From contig CAZVBO010000003.1 of the NCBI GenBank assembly GCA_964625685.1, positions 298 to 64,297 of the forward strand: a stretch of 64,000 nucleotides of DNA, read 5' to 3'. Position 1 is the first letter of the stretch. Each line of letters starts with the position of its first letter. This stretch comes from an uncultured Pseudomonadales bacterium. GTDB lineage: Bacteria > Patescibacteriota > Microgenomatia > UBA1400 > PJMF01. Position numbers and translations under genes: made by a program. Positions 57,419-64,000 of this stretch are shown here, one piece after another. The notes under the pieces were generated by a model, which was not told the DNA's origin, made no database searches, and saw only the letters and a program-made list of their open reading frames with translations.

Positions 57419-58013
57419 TCAAGGTTAACAATAATGTGAGTAATGCCTGCCAGCCTAAATCAACTGTTTTGGTGATAGCCGGGTGAGGTATTTTGAAAAA
57501 AGTATCCCTGATCGAGTAGTCAGGATACGGAACAAATGAGTAAAGTTTGTCAACCGGTATTTGCCGGCTGTAAAAATCAGTTAAAAACAAGCGGCTGATG
57601 GTGAAAAAGGTGGTCAGTTGAATCAAAAAATCGGTAACATAAAAAAGAACTGGTCTGCTGCCCAAGCGGAATTGATGTTTAATTTGCTGCCTTTGCAGTG
57701 TCTCATCAGGTAGCTTATTGATGTCTTTCTGAAATTCATCTATATTATCCGACCTCATGACTCATCCGTAGCGGAATCAAAAGAATTGTCTGAAATACAC
57801 CCAGCAGAATTACCTAGATCCACATTTTTTAGTCAGAGCGTAGAACAAAAACAGTGCGCTGGCATAAAATGTATACATTCCGGCTGATAGAAATGCATAC
57901 GCCAGCCAAATCATGACCAAAATGACCAGAATACTGGATAAGGGCAAAATGCCCGTCAGACCACTGAGCCTGTTGTCTTTGGAAACTAGATGTTTATCAG
58001 TCTCTGTTACCAC
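57419..58013 (-). pseudogene. decayed paralog of the 44368-45516 YidC-like protein
   Basis: Shared FYASALF.FYALT, VILLGVFQT, RLFLTDFY, LY.FVPYP.Y; frameshift in an A-run near 57825, in-frame TAG near 57814, second frameshift near 57760, 3' truncation. Confidence 0.85.
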
Positions 58014-58037
58014 AACTTGTTTTTCGGCTTTTAGTTT

Positions 58038-58250
58038 TTATAAAATTCCGCCACCACCACCGCTACTACCGCTGCCAATTTTCTTCCCCCAGTCTTTGCA
58101 GTAATAGAACTCATCTTTCTCCATGGTGTCAGCGGTCAGCAATTTGTCGTGTTTGACTTCATCGTCTTTCTCTTTGTTTTCAGCACAATCGGCACAAAAA
58201 TAATCGTAGTCAACTTCATAACCTAAGATTTTATCCTTTGTATTACTACG
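58038..58250 (-). pseudogene. small zinc-ribbon-like ORF remnant
   Basis: Hand translation ..DKILGYEVDYDYFCADCAE...EFYYCKDWGKKIGSGSSGGGGGIL; no clear start codon, second CxxC appears as CxxW. Confidence 0.4.
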
Positions 58251-58261
58251 TTTTACTTTCG

Positions 58262-58939
58262 CTAAAGAGCAGCTATGGAATTCCTGATAAAAGTGATCAC
58301 ATAACCTCTAGTCTCCAGCGGAGCCGAACTAAATTCAGACCTTCTGAAGTCGATTCCCTCTCCGATATGAACCGAAACAGGCTTTCTTTTATGCTCCCTA
58401 AAAAATTTAGGAAATGTAGCGCCTTTTGGCATCACATCTTCCAAACCGGTCAGCCTCACCGGGAAAACTGGATAACCGTAGTCTGATTGTTTGATTATCC
58501 ATTCAAGGCCCCTCATAAATTGTCTCTGCTCTACCGGAATATCGCCACTTCCTCTGGTACCTTCAGGATAAACGGCTACCACTTTTCCCGATTTCAGTAA
58601 ATCAATAACACCGGAAAGGTTTTCCCTTATTTCTGATACTGAACCGTTTCTTGTCAGAGGATACGTTCCGGCAAACATATGAGATATCCATTTTCTGGGT
58701 CCCTGCCAATAATCAGCGCCCGCGAGGAAAACCAGCCTCTTGCGAATATTTTCGGGTACAGCTTTTCTGACAACCAGTGAATCAAGATGTCCGCTATGAG
58801 GAGCTATCGCCAGTATCGCACCGGACAGATCAATTGTTTTAAGTACCTCCGCACCCTGAATACGCAAATCTAGCAAATCTGTGACCTTGCCCAGTCTGTC
58901 TCTCATTCCTTCGCCAGAGAAAAAATGTTCCTTATTCAT
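58262..58939 (-). CDS. lysophospholipid acyltransferase (PlsC-like)
   Basis: PHSGHLD (HxxxxD) and YPEGTR motifs. Confidence 0.85.
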   Translation of the reverse strand: MNKEHFFSGEGMRDRLGKVTDLLDLRIQGAEVLKTIDLSGAILAIAPHSGHLDSLVVRKAVPENIRKRLVFLAGADYWQGPRKWISHMFAGTYPLTRNGSVSEIRENLSGVIDLLKSGKVVAVYPEGTRGSGDIPVEQRQFMRGLEWIIKQSDYGYPVFPVRLTGLEDVMPKGATFPKFFREHKRKPVSVHIGEGIDFRRSEFSSAPLETRGYVITFIRNSIAAL

Positions 58940-60149
58940 GTCTTAAAGCTTCAATGGGGGATAATTCACTGGCTTTTTTTGCCGGTGTCACCCCGAAGAT
59001 AATTCCTACTCCTGCCGAAACAGCAAAAGCCAAAACTATTGACCACCAGGCTATAGAAACCGGCATCAAATAACCGATCAAAAGAGCGCCACCTGATCCG
59101 ACTAAAATGCCAATTAGCCCGCCGCCAACAGAAAGAATTGTGGCCTCAAGGAGAAACTGCGTGAGAATAACTTCCGGTTTAGCTCCAAGGGCTTTACGTA
59201 ACCCAATTTCCTGAGTTCTTTCGGTAACGGAAACCAGCATGATATTCATAATGCCTATTCCACCTACCAGAAGCGAAATAGCCGCTATTCCTCCCAACGC
59301 AACAGTTAGTGTGTTTAAAATGCCTGAAACAGTAGAAAGAATCTCCTTCTGATCGAGTACGGTATAGTCTTCCTGATCCAGTCTCTTGTTCATCACTTCT
59401 TCAGTCATGGCTACGGCGGATGACACTTCTTCTGAAGATGTTGCCTGGGCAAAAATAATTCCCAAGTTATCCTGGTTAAACTGCCGTTGAGCCACCGTAA
59501 TAGGCACGTAAACCTTATCATCAGGACTCATGCTACCCTGACCACCGGCTTCAGCCATGACCCCGATCACCGTATACCGGTATTCACCAAGTTTAAATTT
59601 TTCCCCGACAACATAGGGGCTACCAAAGACTTCATCGGCGATTTTATAGCCGATAACTGCCACTTTACGTCCGGAGTTAACATCAGCCTCGGTAAAGAAA
59701 CTTCCGGATTCAAAGTCGCTACTTCTTACTTTTGTGTAGTCGGCGGTAGTACCGAGAACCTGAGCCATCTGGGATTCACTCTGATAGCGGATGGGAGCAG
59801 AGCCCATAACCAAACCAACAGCCTCTTCAATATAAGGTACCTGTTCTTTTATAGCTTGAAGGTCATCAAGTTCCAGCTTTGAGGCTGAAATGGCGGCAAA
59901 ACTACTTGACAACGCCCCTCCGCCCGCTCCGAGGTTATCCAACTCGATTTCTCCCGGCATTACCATAACTAAGTTAGACCCCATGTCCTGCATCTGGTCA
60001 GTAATGTAATCTTTCAGGCCTGATCCTACGGAAACCAACAGGATAACTGAAGCTACACCGATAATGACACCCAGCGATGTTAAAAGAGAGCGGCTTTTAT
60101 TCGCTTTAATGGCACGGATGGCAACTTTTAATAATGATTTAAATGGCAT
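58932..60149 (-). CDS. MacB/FtsX-like ABC permease
   Basis: RSLLTSLGVIIGV, GGIGIMNIMLVSVTERTQEIGLRKALGA. Confidence 0.95.
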   Translation of the reverse strand: MPFKSLLKVAIRAIKANKSRSLLTSLGVIIGVASVILLVSVGSGLKDYITDQMQDMGSNLVMVMPGEIELDNLGAGGGALSSSFAAISASKLELDDLQAIKEQVPYIEEAVGLVMGSAPIRYQSESQMAQVLGTTADYTKVRSSDFESGSFFTEADVNSGRKVAVIGYKIADEVFGSPYVVGEKFKLGEYRYTVIGVMAEAGGQGSMSPDDKVYVPITVAQRQFNQDNLGIIFAQATSSEEVSSAVAMTEEVMNKRLDQEDYTVLDQKEILSTVSGILNTLTVALGGIAAISLLVGGIGIMNIMLVSVTERTQEIGLRKALGAKPEVILTQFLLEATILSVGGGLIGILVGSGGALLIGYLMPVSIAWWSIVLAFAVSAGVGIIFGVTPAKKASELSPIEALRHE

Positions 60150-60160
60150 ATGGTTAATTC

Positions 60161-60844
60161 TTATGTAACTATTTTTCCGTCCTTAATCATAATTTTTCTA
60201 TCTGCTTGATTAGCAACGGAGTCGTCGTGAGTCACCAGGACAATTGTTTTTCCATGTTTGTGTAAATTCTTGAAGATTGTCATGATTTCTTTACCTGATT
60301 TTGAATCAAGATTGCCGGTTGGTTCATCCCCTAAAATGATCGGGGCATCCGTAACCAAGGCCCGGGCAATCGCTACCCGCTGTTGTTGGCCGCCGGACAA
60401 CTGATTGGGATGGTGATCCATACGTTCGCCCAGTCCAACCATTTCCAGAGCAGCCTTGGATTTCTCGATGGCATGTTCTTCAGAGGTATGGTTATACATA
60501 AGCGGCATCGAGACGTTTTCCAGCGCTGTAGTCCGGGGTAATAAGTTAAATGCCTGAAAGACAAAACCGATCTTTTGGTTCCTGACTTCCGAGAGATCCC
60601 TTTCCTCGAGTTTACTGATATCGTGACCGTCGAGGATAATCCGGCCATCAGTCGGCACATCCAGACATCCAATCAGGTGCATGAGAGTAGATTTCCCTGA
60701 GCCTGACGGGCCGATGATGGAAACAAATTCACCCTGGTTAATTTTCAGGGACACATTGTCCAAAGCCCTGACGGAAAGCCCTCCCATCTGGTAAACCTTG
60801 GAAACATTGTCCACTACAAGTAAAGGGTTGCCTTTGTTTGTCAT
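60161..60844 (-). CDS. MacB/LolD-like ABC ATP-binding protein
   Basis: [25 protein letters not shown]. Confidence 0.95.
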   Translation of the reverse strand: MTNKGNPLLVVDNVSKVYQMGGLSVRALDNVSLKINQGEFVSIIGPSGSGKSTLMHLIGCLDVPTDGRIILDGHDISKLEERDLSEVRNQKIGFVFQAFNLLPRTTALENVSMPLMYNHTSEEHAIEKSKAALEMVGLGERMDHHPNQLSGGQQQRVAIARALVTDAPIILGDEPTGNLDSKSGKEIMTIFKNLHKHGKTIVLVTHDDSVANQADRKIMIKDGKIVT

Positions 60845-61920
60845 TTTGTACTGCCATTGTTTTTAATTAAAACTAGTTCCTGATTTTCCCCGACACCCGA
60901 AATAATCTCTGTTTGGGAAATCGTAGAAAGTCCGGTAGTAACTTCTTTCATCACCGGTTTGTTGTTTTCCAGGATATAGACATATGTTTTGCCTTCTTTT
61001 GTCAGAATGAATTCTCTGGGAACAGATAGGGCATTTTCCTTTTGCTCGATAACAAAATCAGCTTCACCTGATAAACCTACGACCAGGCGGTCGTCCGGGG
61101 TGGCAAGAGTAACTTCAATAGGAATGGTTACGCCGCCACTGATGTTTTTAACCCCTTCCTTATTGATAAAACTGACAGTTCCTTCAAAAGTCTCATCGGG
61201 AAAAGCATCGAGGATGATATTTACTTTTTGTCCGGGGTGAATTTTGCCGTAGTCAACCTCATCCACCAGGGCAACAAACTGTAAAGTTGATAAGTCGGCA
61301 ATCTTGATAAATTTCGTCCCCAGGTTAGTTGCTGTCAGGTTTTCTCCTGCAACTAAGCCTCCGGTACTGATGACTGTTCCTTCAATAGGCGATATTAAAA
61401 CCGCATCCCGGGCAGCCAAATCAGCAATCTCCACATCAAGTACCGATTTATCCAGGCCGAATTGTGATTTCTCCAGAATCCGCTTCTCTTCTTCGGTTAA
61501 AACAACCTCCGTCAATTGTCTCCCGTTAATATCATAATTATCCTGCGTCTGCTCAAAATCCCATCTGGTGGTTTGGTAGTCAAGCAATTTTTTCCTCAGA
61601 TTTTTTTCAAGAGTTCTTTTATCCAGAGATGCAACCGATTGCCATTTTTTTACCTGATCACCTTTTTCAACCCCCAACCATACTACTTTGCTGGGTGTAT
61701 TAAACCTAAGCTCAGCATATTGTTTGGCCTGCAGCTCTCCGGATGCATTGACCGACTCGGTGATATCCTGGCGTTTGACAGTAGTCGTGTGCCAATCCTC
61801 CTGATTATTGCGGGACGCAATGGCAAACATACCCAGACCGATAACCACAACTACCAATATCAGCCACTTGGCCTTGATTAATCGACCGAAAATAGTTTGT
61901 TTTATTGAGCTTTTTGACAT
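60841..61920 (-). CDS. efflux membrane-fusion (MacA-like) protein
   Basis: TM, lipoyl/hairpin halves (VEKGDQVK, ISPIEG), VDEVD, VTTG. Confidence 0.9.
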   Translation of the reverse strand: MSKSSIKQTIFGRLIKAKWLILVVVVIGLGMFAIASRNNQEDWHTTTVKRQDITESVNASGELQAKQYAELRFNTPSKVVWLGVEKGDQVKKWQSVASLDKRTLEKNLRKKLLDYQTTRWDFEQTQDNYDINGRQLTEVVLTEEEKRILEKSQFGLDKSVLDVEIADLAARDAVLISPIEGTVISTGGLVAGENLTATNLGTKFIKIADLSTLQFVALVDEVDYGKIHPGQKVNIILDAFPDETFEGTVSFINKEGVKNISGGVTIPIEVTLATPDDRLVVGLSGEADFVIEQKENALSVPREFILTKEGKTYVYILENNKPVMKEVTTGLSTISQTEIISGVGENQELVLIKNNGSTK

Positions 61921-61930
61921 AGTTAGAATC

Positions 61931-62497
61931 CTAAATTTTTTTAACAAGTAAATCGGACAAATCCTGAGCCATCTGCTTTGTGTCTTCTCCCTGGCTACGG
62001 TAAAAAGGCGACAATGTCACGCTAATAATGGATGTGGCTATGGTAAAAATTGTTTTATAAGTAATTTTTCTGGTAATATTCAGACCTTCCACCAGTAGGC
62101 GGACAAACTTAATTAATTCCTGTCTGAGATCCGTAATAACTGTTAAAATAGGAATTTTTTCATCACTGCCTGAACTTATGGTCGCCAGTAACGAAATTTC
62201 AGGATGTCTAATTTTGAAGTCGAGAAAGGTTTTTATGATGTTAAAAAAAACATCCGAAGGCAATATACTTGTATCTACTGCTTGTTTCAGTTCCTTTTTT
62301 AGTTCCTGTACAGCGTTGCGGAGCAATATTTCTGCCAGTTCATCCTTGCTTTTGTAGTGGTAGTAAAGAGCTGCTTTAGTGATGCCAATCTCATTGGCAA
62401 TATCCTGCATAGATACGCCAAAATATCCGCGCTGTGAAAAAAGTTCACCCGCAACCTTGAGAATCTGCTGTTTAGTGTTTGTGTTGCCTTTAGTCAT
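61931..62497 (-). CDS. TetR/AcrR family regulator
   Basis: LFSQRGY..VSMQDIA..GITKAALYYHYKSK. Confidence 0.93.
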   Translation of the reverse strand: MTKGNTNTKQQILKVAGELFSQRGYFGVSMQDIANEIGITKAALYYHYKSKDELAEILLRNAVQELKKELKQAVDTSILPSDVFFNIIKTFLDFKIRHPEISLLATISSGSDEKIPILTVITDLRQELIKFVRLLVEGLNITRKITYKTIFTIATSIISVTLSPFYRSQGEDTKQMAQDLSDLLVKKI

Positions 62498-62510
62498 AAA
62501 TGACTCTGCG

Positions 62511-62555
62511 TACTAACCGTTCGGTAAGTATAGACGTACATATGTTTTTTGTCAA
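62511..62555 (-). promoter_or_regulatory. sigma70 promoter with overlapping TetR operator
   Basis: Minus strand TTGACA (62550-62555), 17-nt spacer, TATACT (62527-62532); palindrome TACTAACCG-tt-CGGTAAGTA at 62511-62530. Confidence 0.8.
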
Positions 62556-62760
62556 CTTAATTGGTTCCTTTCACGTTTTGCCTACAGTGCTACCAATGCT
62601 ACCAGCACCAGATAGCATTCAATCCTTCTGGACCCTGCAAACATGGTAAGACTGGCAACAAAAAGCCCCATCCATAAGATGAGGCCTTCATTAGCGTTTT
62701 TATAAAAATAACTTGCTATTACAGTCCAACACTGTCAGCACCGTAAGCAGCTTGTTCAGT

Positions 62761-63101
62761 GGTGAATTACTAGCGACTACTATGAACAAAAACGAAAAGA
62801 GTACCGAGACAAACAAAGCGAGGTGTTAGCCAAAATCAAGCAACTGCAACGGAAAGACGAAAGTTTCTATTTGACGACGGCATATCTGGTAGAGCTGGCC
62901 TCACGAGGCCCACAGCTATTTGAAAGTTCCGAACCAGCAGAAAAACGGCAAATTTTGCAAATTGTACTTCGGAACTTACGCTTAAAAGGCGAAAAAATAC
63001 GATATGACCTGCTATTTCCCTTTGATGTTATCGTAAAATACGCAAGTCGTTCAACTTGGCTCCCCCTGTGGGACTGTATCCGAACTATAGAAATTCAATA
63101 A
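62761..63101 (+). pseudogene. C-terminal remnant of a large serine recombinase
   Basis: ITSDYYEQKRKEYR..EKRQILQIVLRNL.L...PF..WLPLWD.IRT; no catalytic domain, in-frame TGA upstream. Confidence 0.65.
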
Positions 63102-63362
63102 TCATTCTTGAATGTCAGAAAAGTTGCCTTTTTGCAATTCTTTGGAACCCCTTGTTACTGTTGCAACACCAACTCCTAACTTATCTGCAATCTCTCTTTG
63201 GGCGATACCTTGCTTCAACATTTTCACAATTTGCAAACGGGTTGGAATTTCAGCAAGTTCTTTTGGAGTTAGGATTGCTTCAAAAAATGTGCGCAAGGCA
63301 CTTTTATCCTTATAGGAAAGTACCTGGCTGATAAACTCGTTTAATTGTTCTTCTTCAGTCAT
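63102..63362 (-). CDS. TrpR-like (YerC/YecD) repressor
   Basis: ILTPKE..RLQIVKML..QREIA.KLGVGVATVTRGS. Confidence 0.88.
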   Translation of the reverse strand: MTEEEQLNEFISQVLSYKDKSALRTFFEAILTPKELAEIPTRLQIVKMLKQGIAQREIADKLGVGVATVTRGSKELQKGNFSDIQE

Positions 63363-63383
63363 AGTTATTAGTATATCAATAAA

Positions 63384-63980
63384 CTAGTCTACAGATACCA
63401 TAAAACCTGAGGCATAATTATAATTGATAGCTTGATTCAGTGCGACTTCACCAAAATCCTGTGATTTTTGACGATAAAAAATATCAAGATACCTCATGAA
63501 AAATCCGTGTGTGATAACTAGAGCAGTATCTGCTTGATTTTCTTTCAATACTCTATCTAGTTTTTGAATTCTTTGTGCCACTTTTTTACCTGATTCAATA
63601 TTAGTATCATCAACTAAAGCCTTGAATAACCTTTTTCTTATAATTGATAGCTTTTCATTGTCATACTCTTTTTCTGTCACTAGCTTAGAAGGGTCAAACA
63701 CTATTTCATTTAGCTCCTGTAATTTAATTACAGGAGGAAGACTAATTGTTTTTGATAATTCAGCTGCTGTATCTGATGTTCTTTGTGATTCACTCACATA
63801 AAGCACATCATATTTTTCTAGAAGATAATCCTCTCCGCTCATCCCAACATTTATCTTAGATCCATTCACTGATGGATCTATTTCTTGCTTAGCAAGTTGA
63901 GACAATTCGTGCAGAGAAAGCTCATTATAATTATCAAACGGCTCTAATAGTGGTCCATGTCTCAAGAATGTTATTTTCAT
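63384..63980 (-). CDS. histidine phosphatase family protein
   Basis: FLRHG, S...RT..TA, LNEI, VITHG. Confidence 0.8.
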   Translation of the reverse strand: MKITFLRHGPLLEPFDNYNELSLHELSQLAKQEIDPSVNGSKINVGMSGEDYLLEKYDVLYVSESQRTSDTAAELSKTISLPPVIKLQELNEIVFDPSKLVTEKEYDNEKLSIIRKRLFKALVDDTNIESGKKVAQRIQKLDRVLKENQADTALVITHGFFMRYLDIFYRQKSQDFGEVALNQAINYNYASGFMVSVD

Positions 63981-64000
63981 CTCGTTCCGTTCATTCTAGT

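Noticed and set aside
57387-58013. Programmed frameshifting or stop-codon recoding in the split YidC-like copy
   Set aside because: Multiple independent lesions plus truncation indicate decay, and TAG and TGA act as normal stops elsewhere in the window.
63057-63086. Possible tRNA on the minus strand
   Set aside because: Only a 3'-end-like fragment; the T-arm is broken and no D or anticodon arm is present. Treated as att-like.
1-64000. CRISPR array, tRNA or rRNA genes
   Set aside because: No regularly spaced identical repeats with unique spacers and no cloverleaf or rRNA-like segments were recognised by eye.

Overview
64 kb of a moderately AT-rich bacterial chromosome using the standard code. 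Gene content and style point to a Patescibacteria/CPR genome, most likely Microgenomates (inference): AlaRS without C-Ala, a baseplate-J-like gene paired with a sortase, a GT-C glycosyltransferase and many apparently leaderless genes. It carries housekeeping genes (murD end, alaS, prmC, mutS, mutL, typA), a fermentation cluster (pflB, pflA, ADP-forming acetate-CoA ligase), gpsA-glpK, metal homeostasis genes (ZIP/Fur, CobW), a two-component system, a YidC-like gene with a heterodimeric ABC exporter, and a general-stress/alpha-glucan cluster. A decayed island from about 57.4 kb contains a truncated amidase, a YidC-like pseudogene, a TetR-MacAB-PlsC operon and a serine recombinase remnant. The most notable signals are non-coding: (1) several short palindromic and heptamer repeat families, including an 18-bp palindrome inserted in frame into pflB and a hairpin-flanked DUF559 nuclease gene splitting pflB-pflA; (2) a ~165-nt rod-like hairpin in the lemA leader; (3) a shared 11-bp-periodic CTTAC box upstream of four genes in and next to the stress cluster; (4) several unannotated small ORFs. 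No tRNA, rRNA or CRISPR array was recognised.
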